From the NCBI GenBank assembly GCA_964482715.1, contig CAYZYX010000019.1:1-35887 (forward strand): a DNA stretch of 35,887 nt, read 5' to 3'. The notes beneath the pieces were generated by a model. It was not told the DNA's origin. It did no database searches and saw only the letters and a program-made list of their open reading frames with translations. A program made the position numbers and the translations under genes. This document shows positions 26,523 through 35,885 of the stretch, one piece after another; within the stretch, counting starts at the first letter, position 1, and each line of letters opens with the position of its first letter. Source of the DNA: an uncultured Clostridia bacterium. GTDB lineage: Bacteria; Aerophobota; Aerophobia; Aerophobales; B3-G15.

Positions 26523-27251
26523 ATGAAAACAAAGTTTGTAAGCATCTTTTTTTTGACAGTCTTTATTATTTTTATATTACCCTTCCTCGTTTTAGCTCAC
26601 CTTTTTCAGGTTGGGGAGAAGTTAACCTACAATCTCAAATTAATTGGTCTTCCTGTAGGAACTCAAATACTTCAAATTAAAGAGGTTCTACACAAAGATG
26701 AGGATCACTTGTACCTTCTTACTTCTGAAGTAACAGGGTCTGATCTTTTATCTATGGTATACCACCTTGAGGATCGAATTGAAAGTTATGTTAGAGTGAA
26801 CACTTTATATCCACAACTGGTAAGGATGGATCTTAAAGAGGGTTCTTTAGAGAAAAAACTGGAGATTAAAATAGATTGGGAAAAGGAAAGAAAAGCCGTT
26901 ATCTGGGATAAAAATCAAAATAAAAAATGGACACACACGCTTTCCGCTCCTCCACTTGACCTTCTTAGTTTAATTTACTGGATCAGAGCTCAAGATTTAC
27001 ATGTAGGACGCGATTTTGAAGTTTTGTTAGTTGATTCCACAGCTAACTTTAAGAAAATTCGATTTATAGTCTCTTCGGTGGAAAAAGTCTACACTTACCG
27101 GGGTGTTTATCCCGCCTTTGTGGTGGAAGAGACAGAAATTTCCAACGGTGTAAAGGTATGGTTTTCTCTTGATAAAGTCCATGTTCCCTTACAAATTCAG
27201 GTAACCACCCCTCTTGGATTTCTGGTAGCTATTCTTAAAGAGGTAGATTAA
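26523..27251 (+). CDS. Exported DUF3108-like protein
   Basis: Signal/TM N-terminus, FQVGEKLTY, DLLSLIYWIR, KVWFS...VPLQI. ATG 26523 is used because the track's TTG 26472 is the -35 box. Confidence 0.75.
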   Translation: MKTKFVSIFFLTVFIIFILPFLVLAHLFQVGEKLTYNLKLIGLPVGTQILQIKEVLHKDEDHLYLLTSEVTGSDLLSMVYHLEDRIESYVRVNTLYPQLVRMDLKEGSLEKKLEIKIDWEKERKAVIWDKNQNKKWTHTLSAPPLDLLSLIYWIRAQDLHVGRDFEVLLVDSTANFKKIRFIVSSVEKVYTYRGVYPAFVVEETEISNGVKVWFSLDKVHVPLQIQVTTPLGFLVAILKEVD

Positions 27252-29554
27252 AAAAGTTTGAGTTTTAATCCTAAAGATAATTTATCCTCGGGAAATTCAT
27301 AGTCCTGGGTGAAGAAATACTGGTTATTGTTTTCCATCTGTAGAAAAACTTCCCAATTTTTCTGTTGATAAGTGAGTTTCAGCCTTATACGCGAGGCTCT
27401 GGGCAGGGTGTCCCTGGAGGAGAAGGTAAAATACCTTTTCCCCAGGATTTCCTGCTGGGTTTCCACTATCCAGTTTCCTCCTTTTATTTTCAGGATTATA
27501 TTGGCTGAATCTTTTGGTTGATGGGGAACAGCCTCATAGGATCTATTCTCACTTTTTACCGTTTTCCAGGTGTAAGAAGGTTCAAGGGTAACCGCAGGAA
27601 GAATTTGCCAGTTACACTTGATTGTCCATCCCTGTCGAGATAATTTCATTATTGATGGCTCAAGATGAGGGTAGGGAGTGTCCTCATAAACCCAGATTAC
27701 ATCTTTTCCCTGCTGGAAAAATCCTATAAGCGAGAGATCTAATTGAGGAAGGCTCTTATAGTGTAGGCCCAAACTGTAGTTGATAATATCTACCGCGCCA
27801 ATTTCCGGATCAATCTGGGAATAAGCCTGTGAAAGGTAAGTATCAGAAAACCCGGGTAGATGAAAGTCTTTTTCTACCTCAAAGGTAATTCCAAAAAGTT
27901 CTTTCTTATCGTGCCAGTCTAACTTTATAGATCCTACCCCCTGGGCTTTTTTTTCATCTTTAATCCCTTTTACTCCCAATGCAAAATCTAAAAGTAAATT
28001 TTTACCCAGAGAAAAAGGACGAGATGAAAGAGCCTGAACAAGGATCTGATATTTGTTTCTAACCAGCAGGGCTTCTTCACCTTTTCTAAGGCTGTTCCAG
28101 TTAGCTTTCCCCTGAACAGTAACGGGAAATTTTTCTGAATAAAAAGCAAGGTTAGCTCCATAGAAAAGATCATCCCAGCTTTCTTCCACTACACCTGTAT
28201 CTTCACGATTGGTTTTTTCACCCCAGATGTTCCAGTTCCAGTGATTAAATAGTCCCACCTGTCCAAAACTAAGGGAAATCTGGCTATCAATTCTCTCTCC
28301 CACTCTGTCAGCTACCGGTGGCAACTCCAGTTTATTTCTTTTTCCCTGAAGGGTAAAAAAACTCTCATTTAGGGCAGGTTCGCCAAGAGAAATTCCTCCC
28401 TGTAGAAGATCTTCCTCTCGGTTAAGGTCTACACTACCATAAGTCACCCATCGGGGAAAACTTTTTCTTTCCAGATTTAAAAGATATCTCCTTTTTTCCT
28501 TTTCCCTTCCGTAGTTTAATTCGTAGTTAAAAGTACGGTGGTCCCCTATCCCCAGAAGAAAGTGCAGATAAGGATAATCAGTTTTCTTTATTTGCTCCGG
28601 GTAATAGACCCGAGGTACAGATGGAATCTCAAGAGGAGCACTTTTGATTTTCTTTTCAGTTTGAGCTAATGCAGGAGATATTTCCAGGCTAACAGTTTTT
28701 TTCTCCAGAGCTAAAAGAGGAGCCTGAGGGAGGTATTTTCTTTTGGGTGAGACAGGATGAAAATGTGTTCCAATTTCTGGGCGAGAAGGAAGAGCTTGAA
28801 TTTGGGGTAATGGAAGGCTCACTGCTGGAAACAGGACCTGTGCGGAAGTTTTGCGTGGAAAGACAGCCAGAAGAGGGGGCTCAATTACTGTTTTTGCTTC
28901 CAAAAATTTTCTTGGTAAAGGTATTTTCCCTCTAATCCAGGGAGAAATTTCAGATTCCCTTGTGTACATTTGAGTGAGAGTCAAATATGGTAAAGGATAA
29001 GCGGGAACTTCTTTTCTTACCCGGGTAATGTGAACCACTTTTTTTGAAGGCAAAGTCACAGAAGGAATAAAAGGTGTAGAGAAGATCCTTTTTCTAAAGG
29101 AAGGTATCTGCAAAGGAGGATGAATGAACTCCTTTTCAGCCCTTGCCTCAAAGGCAAACTTTAATGGTTCGGTCTTCTCCCAGGCAGGAAGAGCAATTTT
29201 ACCTTCCCTTGTATACATTTGAGTGAGAGTCAGGACAGGAGGTGGATAGGGATAGACCTCTTCTCTTTCAGGCAAAATAGGGGAAATTTCTGGTCGGGAA
29301 ATTGAAAGAACAGGAAATCTAACTCTGAACTTTTTTCTTGCAGGTAAAACTGGAAAATAGGGAACTTCCGGTGCTTTTTTTTCACCACGCACAGACATAT
29401 AGGGTATTTTTTTCTCCCGTACAATTTCCAGGTAAGAACGATCTTTTCCTCGTATGACAATGGCTGGTAGTTTTTCCGTGCCTTCCTCTTGAGCATAACT
29501 TAGCAGAGGATAAAAAAAAAGACAAAAAGCAAAAAGGTAACAGAAGTATTTCAT
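27248..29554 (-). CDS. Outer-membrane beta-barrel protein, TonB-dependent-receptor-like, with a long proline-rich repeated N-terminal region
   Basis: Signal peptide ending SYA, TonB-box-like LPAIVIRG, amphipathic strands in the C-terminal ~440 aa, terminal LGLKLKLF (C-terminal Phe). Confidence 0.72.
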   Translation of the reverse strand: MKYFCYLFAFCLFFYPLLSYAQEEGTEKLPAIVIRGKDRSYLEIVREKKIPYMSVRGEKKAPEVPYFPVLPARKKFRVRFPVLSISRPEISPILPEREEVYPYPPPVLTLTQMYTREGKIALPAWEKTEPLKFAFEARAEKEFIHPPLQIPSFRKRIFSTPFIPSVTLPSKKVVHITRVRKEVPAYPLPYLTLTQMYTRESEISPWIRGKIPLPRKFLEAKTVIEPPLLAVFPRKTSAQVLFPAVSLPLPQIQALPSRPEIGTHFHPVSPKRKYLPQAPLLALEKKTVSLEISPALAQTEKKIKSAPLEIPSVPRVYYPEQIKKTDYPYLHFLLGIGDHRTFNYELNYGREKEKRRYLLNLERKSFPRWVTYGSVDLNREEDLLQGGISLGEPALNESFFTLQGKRNKLELPPVADRVGERIDSQISLSFGQVGLFNHWNWNIWGEKTNREDTGVVEESWDDLFYGANLAFYSEKFPVTVQGKANWNSLRKGEEALLVRNKYQILVQALSSRPFSLGKNLLLDFALGVKGIKDEKKAQGVGSIKLDWHDKKELFGITFEVEKDFHLPGFSDTYLSQAYSQIDPEIGAVDIINYSLGLHYKSLPQLDLSLIGFFQQGKDVIWVYEDTPYPHLEPSIMKLSRQGWTIKCNWQILPAVTLEPSYTWKTVKSENRSYEAVPHQPKDSANIILKIKGGNWIVETQQEILGKRYFTFSSRDTLPRASRIRLKLTYQQKNWEVFLQMENNNQYFFTQDYEFPEDKLSLGLKLKLF
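28955..29232. repeat. Intragenic duplication: 29-bp direct repeat, 249 bp (83 codons) apart
   Basis: TTCCCTTGT(G/A)TACATTTGAGTGAGAGTCA at 28955-28983 and 29204-29232, one mismatch; encodes LTLTQMYTRE twice. Confidence 0.85.
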
Positions 29555-32316
29555 TTTTCTATCTCCTTTAACCTTCGCTGGGCTTCTTTAATCCACTCTT
29601 CCTTAAATTCTTTATTTTGAATGATCTTCTGGTAGGTTTTCCTGGCCTCATTCAGCTGTTCAAGAGCTTTATAACATTCAGCTACCTGAAGCTGAGCCCT
29701 GTAAGACCATTCTTTAAACTGAGGATAGAGTATAGGAATTCGAAGATATTCTACCACCGCTTTTTTAAAATCTTTCTCGTAGAACCAACAGTCTCCTAAT
29801 CGATATTGAGCTTCAACGGAAAGTGCGCTTTCTTCAGCACTTTTTACCACCCAGTCATAATGATCTCGAGCTTGAGCGTATTTTTTTTGCTGAAAGAGAG
29901 AGTTGGCCAGTTTGAGATGTGCCTGTGTAATAAGTTCGCTATCAGGATACTTCTGTATAAACTGGCTAAAGGCTTCCTCAGCTTTAGACCATTCGCCTAT
30001 GTTTTCCCAGCAAAGCCCGATATCATAAAGAGAATTTAAAAGAATATCTTTTTCCTTAGAAATCCTGAGAGCACTCTGGTAAGCATCAGCAGCTTCCCTG
30101 AATTTTCCCTGTTTAAATAAAGCATTCCCCAGTCGATAGTGAACTTCACCCAGAAGCGGACTTTGAGGGAATAACCGTATGAACCGGGTATAATAAGAAA
30201 CAGACTGACGGTAATTTTCCAGCTTGTAACTGGAGTAACCTATCCAGTAATAGGCAAGAGGCAGGTAACTACTTTTAGGAAACTTATCTATGATTTTCTG
30301 TAAGTTCACCACTGCCTCCTTGAAGTCTCCCTTTTTTATATAGTAGTTAGCTATTTTAAATTGTGCCGCATCTGCATCAGGAAAAGCCGGGTATTCTTCA
30401 GCGACCCTTCTGAAAGATTCAAGGGATTTTTCTTCTTCTCCCAGATGCTGGTAGCATTCTCCTGTTTTAAAAAGCGCTGGTGGAACAAGATCACTATCCG
30501 GGAACCTTCTTATCATCTCCTCAAAAGCCACTCTTGCTTTTTCATATCCCCCTTCGTTGTACCAGCAATTGGCTATAAGGTAGTGAGCACCAACTGTAAG
30601 GTCTTTTCGTTGAGGAAATTTTTTGAGCACTTCCTCAAATGCTTCTCTTGCCTCTGAATACCTTTCCTGATGAAAGTAAGTCCAGCCAATGGCATATTGT
30701 GCATCTGGCGCGTTAGGATTTTCGGAAAAATTCCTGACAAATCTCAGATAATTTTCTCTTGCCTCTGAATACTTTTCAAGTTTGAAATAAGAAGCTCCCT
30801 TCTGGTAAATGGCCAGAGGTATGAGATTTGAATCCGGATATTCCTTTTCCAGCTTATCATAGGTCTGAATAGCCTGCTCAAATTCTTTAAGGTTAAAAAG
30901 ACAGTTACCCATCTGAAGGAGTGCATCATCAGCCAGCTCAGAGGTGGGGTAGTTTTCAAAAATTTTGCTGAAAGCCTCCAGGGCAAGCTTGAAATTTTTC
31001 TCCCCGAGATAACACCAGCCAATCTCATATTGAGCATACATAGCCTGCCCTGAGTTCGGGTAACTGGATATAACCTTTTGAAAGTATTCTCGGGCTGTGG
31101 AGTAGCTGGCAATATTCAGGTAAGCTTCTCCCAGTTGAAAAGTTGAATCTAAAACATATTGGGAGTTAGGAAATTTCTCCAGTAGCTGTCTGAAATAACC
31201 TATAGCTTCTTTAAATTTTCTCATGTCAAAATAAGAGTAACCATTTCCATACAGGGCATCATCCATAAATTCACTTTCAGGATGATAATCGATGACACTT
31301 TGATAAGCCTGGGCAGCAAGATCAAACTTTTTTTGAAAATAATAAGCATCGCCCAATCTTACCCAGGCTTCAGCGATACTGGTGGATTCAGGATAGGTTT
31401 TTATGAATTCCTGGAAGCTTTCAGCCGCTTTCCTGTAATTTTCTTCTTTAAAATAAGTGTAGGCAATGCCAAACATAGATTCCTCTTTCCATTCACTCCC
31501 GGGATTAGCAAGTTCCTTTTTATAGGCTTCTCTTGCCTGAGAGAAATTATTGAGTTGATAAAGTGCCTCTCCCTGCCAGTAAAAAAGATTAACTTTTTTA
31601 AAGTCTTCGGCTGCATCTTTGTATTTTGCCAGTTCAAAATAGGAAAACCCTCTTTCTTTATAGATGTCACTTGTATAGGGTGAGTCAGGGTAGTCTTTTA
31701 GAAATCCGGTGAATTCTTCAATTGCTTCAAAGAATTTTTTAGTCAGGTAAAGAAGTTTTGAATGAATATAGCGAACCTCTCTATAGTGTTCAAAAAGAGG
31801 GTAGGATTTTTTCAGTTTAGAAAAAACCTCCAGAGCCTGGTTATAGCTTTTCTGTTGATAGTAAATATAACCTGTGGAATAAAGAGCATAGGGAATCAGT
31901 GAACTCTGGGGATAATTTTTGATGAGCTTCTGGTAATTAGAAAGAGCTTTTTCAAGATTGCCAAGCTGATAGTAGCACTCACCCAGTTGATACAAACTTT
32001 CATCTATCCATTCGCTTTTCGGGTAGTTACTTAGAAGAGTTTCAAAAGCTGTAGCAGCTCTCTGGTAATTTCCTATCTGCCAGAAACTCATCCCGATTCC
32101 ATATTGAGCTCGATCACAGTTTTCATTTTCCGGATAGTTGTTGATAAATCTCTGAAATTGTTCAGCAGCAAGCTCAAATTTTCCTTCTTCGTATAAACCC
32201 TGAGCAAAGAGGAAATCTTTTTGAGCCTGAGTTTGTGCCAGGATGTATGTATGTCCCATAATAAATAACATAGAAAAAATTCCCATAACTACCGCGAGTT
32301 TTCTTGGTCCTCTCAT
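29551..32316 (-). CDS. Exported TPR protein, about 24 repeats of ~37 aa (BamD/CpoB-type)
   Basis: Signal peptide, then repeats of A-x-Y-x-x-G-x-x-Y...A...F...YP-x-S. ATGA overlap with the barrel gene. Confidence 0.93.
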   Translation of the reverse strand: MRGPRKLAVVMGIFSMLFIMGHTYILAQTQAQKDFLFAQGLYEEGKFELAAEQFQRFINNYPENENCDRAQYGIGMSFWQIGNYQRAATAFETLLSNYPKSEWIDESLYQLGECYYQLGNLEKALSNYQKLIKNYPQSSLIPYALYSTGYIYYQQKSYNQALEVFSKLKKSYPLFEHYREVRYIHSKLLYLTKKFFEAIEEFTGFLKDYPDSPYTSDIYKERGFSYFELAKYKDAAEDFKKVNLFYWQGEALYQLNNFSQAREAYKKELANPGSEWKEESMFGIAYTYFKEENYRKAAESFQEFIKTYPESTSIAEAWVRLGDAYYFQKKFDLAAQAYQSVIDYHPESEFMDDALYGNGYSYFDMRKFKEAIGYFRQLLEKFPNSQYVLDSTFQLGEAYLNIASYSTAREYFQKVISSYPNSGQAMYAQYEIGWCYLGEKNFKLALEAFSKIFENYPTSELADDALLQMGNCLFNLKEFEQAIQTYDKLEKEYPDSNLIPLAIYQKGASYFKLEKYSEARENYLRFVRNFSENPNAPDAQYAIGWTYFHQERYSEAREAFEEVLKKFPQRKDLTVGAHYLIANCWYNEGGYEKARVAFEEMIRRFPDSDLVPPALFKTGECYQHLGEEEKSLESFRRVAEEYPAFPDADAAQFKIANYYIKKGDFKEAVVNLQKIIDKFPKSSYLPLAYYWIGYSSYKLENYRQSVSYYTRFIRLFPQSPLLGEVHYRLGNALFKQGKFREAADAYQSALRISKEKDILLNSLYDIGLCWENIGEWSKAEEAFSQFIQKYPDSELITQAHLKLANSLFQQKKYAQARDHYDWVVKSAEESALSVEAQYRLGDCWFYEKDFKKAVVEYLRIPILYPQFKEWSYRAQLQVAECYKALEQLNEARKTYQKIIQNKEFKEEWIKEAQRRLKEIEK

Positions 32317-32347
32317 TTTGTTCTCCCTGTATCTTTTTAGTACTCTT

Positions 32348-32375
32348 ATTTTACAAAAGCAAAATTCCTTGTCAA
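32348..32375 (-). promoter_or_regulatory. Promoter of the TPR-barrel operon
   Basis: Minus strand: TTGACA, 16 bp, TAAAAT. Confidence 0.7.
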
Positions 32376-32404
32376 ATAAGCAATTTTATTAAGTTTTTCC
32401 CTAA

Positions 32405-32432
32405 TTGACAGGAAAAATTTATCAAGTAGTAT
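32405..32432 (+). promoter_or_regulatory. Promoter of dnaE
   Basis: TTGACA, 16 bp, TAGTAT (alternatively TATTAT at 19 bp). Confidence 0.55.
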
Positions 32433-32462
32433 TATTTTAAATTTTATCAGAGAGGGAAAATC

Positions 32463-35400
32463 ATGCCTGAGTTTGTTCATCTTCACACCCACAGCGAATA
32501 CAGCTTGCTGGATGGAGCCTGTACTATTTCTCAGCTTGTCGATCAGGCTTATCGTCTAAATATGCCAGCTCTTGCTCTGACCGATCATGGTAACTTATTT
32601 GGGGCAATAGAGTTTTACCAGAAGGCATCCCATCGGGGAATAAAACCAATAATAGGTTGTGAAGTCTATCTTGCTCCTAAATCTCGTTTTAAAAAGAAAA
32701 AAAGTGGTAGGGAAGAAATAGCTTTTCATTTGACTTTACTTTGCAAAAATAAAAAGGGTTATCAGAATTTAATGGAACTTGTCAGTAGAGGCTTTACCGA
32801 AGGTTTTTACTATCACCCTCGTATTGATAAGGAACTTCTGGTAAAATTTAAAGAAGGTTTGATAGCTCTTTCAGGATGTATTAAAGGGGAAATTGCCCAT
32901 CTTTTACTTCAGGGGAAGAAGGATAAAGCCTGTGAGGTTGCCCGCTGGTTTAGAGAAATATTTGGTGATGACTTTTACCTTGAGGTCCAGTCAACAGGAG
33001 TCAAAGAGCAGGAAATAGTTAATCCTCTATTTAAGGAGTTAAGTCAGGAGCTTTCTATTCCTATGGTGGCTACCAATGATGTTCACTACTTAAACCGGGA
33101 AGATGCAAGAGCTCAGGAGGTGTTGCTCTGCATTCAAACCGGCAAGACCCTTGATGATACTAATCGGCTGAAGTTTTCCTCTTCCGAGTTTTATTTCCGT
33201 ACAGAAGAGGAAATGGTAAATCTTTTTCATTTTTGTCCCGAATCAGTCTGGACTTCAGGTGAGATTGCCAGAAAGTGTGAATTAACTCTGGAAAAGGATA
33301 AAGTATACCTTCCTTCCTACCACCCTCCTGAAGGTTACAGTCTGGAAGAATACCTCAGACATCTGTGTGAGGAGGGTTTAAAAAAGCGCTATTCTTCACC
33401 TTCCAGGGAGGTTATGGAGAGGTTAGAATATGAGCTTAATATCATCTCAAGTATGGGGTATGCTGGTTATTTTCTTATTGTCTGGGATTTCATTAACTAC
33501 GCCAAACAAAAGGGCATTCTTATAGGTCCGGGACGAGGTTCAGTCACCGGGAGTTTGATTGCCTATCTTCTCGGGATAACCGAAATTGACCCTTTACGTT
33601 ATGGTCTTATTTTTGAGAGATTTTTAAATCCAGAAAGAAAAGCATTACCTGATATAGATATCGATATTCAAGATGATCGCCGGAGCGAGATTATAGAATA
33701 TGTGAAGGGAAAATACGGTAAAGAGAATGTGGCTCAGATAATTACCTTTGGAACCATGGCAGCTCGAGCGGCAGTAAGAGATGTGGGCAGAGTTCTGGGG
33801 ATGCCTTACAGCTTCGTGGATAAAATAGCCAAGCTCATTCCTCCTAACCGGGAATTAAGAGTAGTTATAGAAAAAAGTGGCGAAATTAAGGAACTTATCA
33901 AAAAGGATGAAAAGGTAAAAACACTTTTTGAAATTGCTCAAAGAATAGAAGGTTTGACCAGACATGCTTCTACCCATGCTGCTGGGGTGGTAATTGCTCC
34001 TGACCGTCTTACCTTTTACACACCTCTTTACAAAACGAACAAAAACGAGATAACCACTCAGTATGAAATGCATTCTCTTGAAGCTATAGGTCTTCTAAAA
34101 ATGGACTTTTTGGGGCTCAAAACCCTTAACGTGATCAAAGGAACTCTGGATCTTATCGAAAAAAGAAAAGGCAAGAAGTTGGACCTGAAAGACATTCCTC
34201 TTGATGATAAAAACACCTACGGGCTTTTTTCCCGGGGTGATACTCTCGGTGTTTTCCAGGTGGAAAGTCGAGGAATGCAAGATCTTTTAAGAAGACTTAA
34301 GCCAGAAAAATTTGAGGATATAATTGCTGCTCTTGCCCTGTATCGACCGGGTCCACTACAAAGTGGAATGGTTGACGATTTTATCAATCGGAAAAATGGT
34401 CGTAGTAAAGTAGAATATCTTCATCCCAAACTGGGACCTATTTTGAAGGAGACCTACGGTGTAATACTTTACCAGGAGCAGGTGATGCAAATTGCCAACA
34501 AGCTTGCCGGGTTTAGCCTGGGGGAGGCAGATATTCTTAGAAGAGCTATGGGTAAAAAAATACCCGAACTTATGGATGAACAGAAAGAAAAATTCATTGA
34601 GGGAGCTACAAAAAGGAAGATTGATAGAAAAATAGCTGAAAAAATATTTGAGCTTATGGCTCATTTTTCTGGATATGGCTTTAATAAGTCTCACTCAGCT
34701 GGATATGCCTTAATATCCTACCAGACAGCTTTTTTAAAGGCTAATTATCCAGTAGAATTTATGGCTGCGCTCCTTACTTCAGAGAAAGACAATACTGATA
34801 AACTTATTTTCTACATAAACGAATGTCATCGTATGGGGATTGAGATTCTTCCTCCAGATATTAACCAGTCGGAAGCAAACTTTACTGTGGTAGGAGAAAA
34901 AAGTATAAGATTTGGTTTAACAGCTATAAAGAACGTGGGAGAAAGTGCTATCTCCTGTATTATTCAGGAAAGAGAGCAAAATGGAAAGTTCCATTCTCTT
35001 TTTGATTTCTGTCAGAGAGTTGACCTTAGAGTGGTTAATAAAAAGGTTCTGGAAAGTCTCATAAAAAGTGGTGCTTTTGACTCCCTTCCGGGTAATCGTT
35101 CTCAAAAACTGGCAGTTGTTGATGAAGCGGTGGAGGAAGCTTCCCTTCTTAACCGGGAAAGGCAAAAAGGCCAGCTTTCTCTTTTTGGTGATGCTCAAAA
35201 AAAAGGGGACAACATTAAACTCCCCTCAGTAAAAGAAGTTTCCAGAAAAGTCAGGTTAAACTGGGAAAAAGATCTTCTGGGAGTCTATCTTTCAGGACAT
35301 CCCCTTGATGGATACAGAAAAAGGGTGAAGTGCTACTGCACCTGTCCTGTCTCTGAACTAAAAAAACAGGGCGATGGAGCAATGGTTAAAATAGCAGGTG

Positions 35401-35885
35401 TCGTGAATCAGGTTAGCTCTAAAAAGGACAGGAAAGGAAAACCAATGGCTTTTGTTACTCTGGAAGATGTAGAATCTGAAGTTGAGGTGGTTATCTTCTC
35501 AAGTGTTTTTGAAGATTGTGCCTCTTACCTTAAAGAGGGAGAGATAGTTGCTCTGGAAGGAAAAATTGATGCCAGCACCGATCCACCAAAGGTTGTGGTC
35601 CAGAAACTTTTCCCTTTTTCCAGACTGGAAAATTCCAGTAACAATTTACATATAATGGTTACTTCTCAAAACTGGGATGAAGAGAAACTCCATAAAATAA
35701 AAGATGTCCTTGCCGAAAGAAAAGGTAAAAACTCTGTTTATCTTCATTTTCGTGAAGATGGGAAAGGTTTAGGAGAAGAGGTGGTTGTTAAGTCCAGGTC
35801 TTTAAATGTAGATTTTTCCGAAGAAACCATAGCCAAGATAGAAAAACTTGTGGGAGATGAGGGGTGCTGGCTGGGTGAAAGATAA
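32463..35885 (+). CDS. dnaE: DNA polymerase III alpha subunit, complete
   Basis: PHP domain FVHLHTHSEYSLLDG, GPGRGS, FERFLNPER, PDIDID, KMDFLGL, LYRPGP, YGFNKSH, C-terminal OB fold. TAA at 35883-35885. Confidence 0.98.
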   Translation: MPEFVHLHTHSEYSLLDGACTISQLVDQAYRLNMPALALTDHGNLFGAIEFYQKASHRGIKPIIGCEVYLAPKSRFKKKKSGREEIAFHLTLLCKNKKGYQNLMELVSRGFTEGFYYHPRIDKELLVKFKEGLIALSGCIKGEIAHLLLQGKKDKACEVARWFREIFGDDFYLEVQSTGVKEQEIVNPLFKELSQELSIPMVATNDVHYLNREDARAQEVLLCIQTGKTLDDTNRLKFSSSEFYFRTEEEMVNLFHFCPESVWTSGEIARKCELTLEKDKVYLPSYHPPEGYSLEEYLRHLCEEGLKKRYSSPSREVMERLEYELNIISSMGYAGYFLIVWDFINYAKQKGILIGPGRGSVTGSLIAYLLGITEIDPLRYGLIFERFLNPERKALPDIDIDIQDDRRSEIIEYVKGKYGKENVAQIITFGTMAARAAVRDVGRVLGMPYSFVDKIAKLIPPNRELRVVIEKSGEIKELIKKDEKVKTLFEIAQRIEGLTRHASTHAAGVVIAPDRLTFYTPLYKTNKNEITTQYEMHSLEAIGLLKMDFLGLKTLNVIKGTLDLIEKRKGKKLDLKDIPLDDKNTYGLFSRGDTLGVFQVESRGMQDLLRRLKPEKFEDIIAALALYRPGPLQSGMVDDFINRKNGRSKVEYLHPKLGPILKETYGVILYQEQVMQIANKLAGFSLGEADILRRAMGKKIPELMDEQKEKFIEGATKRKIDRKIAEKIFELMAHFSGYGFNKSHSAGYALISYQTAFLKANYPVEFMAALLTSEKDNTDKLIFYINECHRMGIEILPPDINQSEANFTVVGEKSIRFGLTAIKNVGESAISCIIQEREQNGKFHSLFDFCQRVDLRVVNKKVLESLIKSGAFDSLPGNRSQKLAVVDEAVEEASLLNRERQKGQLSLFGDAQKKGDNIKLPSVKEVSRKVRLNWEKDLLGVYLSGHPLDGYRKRVKCYCTCPVSELKKQGDGAMVKIAGVVNQVSSKKDRKGKPMAFVTLEDVESEVEVVIFSSVFEDCASYLKEGEIVALEGKIDASTDPPKVVVQKLFPFSRLENSSNNLHIMVTSQNWDEEKLHKIKDVLAERKGKNSVYLHFREDGKGLGEEVVVKSRSLNVDFSEETIAKIEKLVGDEGCWLGER

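Noticed and set aside
2301-35198. Many short ORFs antisense to or out of frame within long genes (e.g. 2450-2743, 3139-3474, 4378-4710, 8858-9214, 30744-31112, 31282-31683, 34356-34694)
   Set aside because: They lie inside well-supported genes and show no recognisable motifs; typical shadow ORFs.
32463-35885. Intein or split in dnaE
   Set aside because: Normal length (1140 aa), contiguous motifs, no intein boundary signatures seen.
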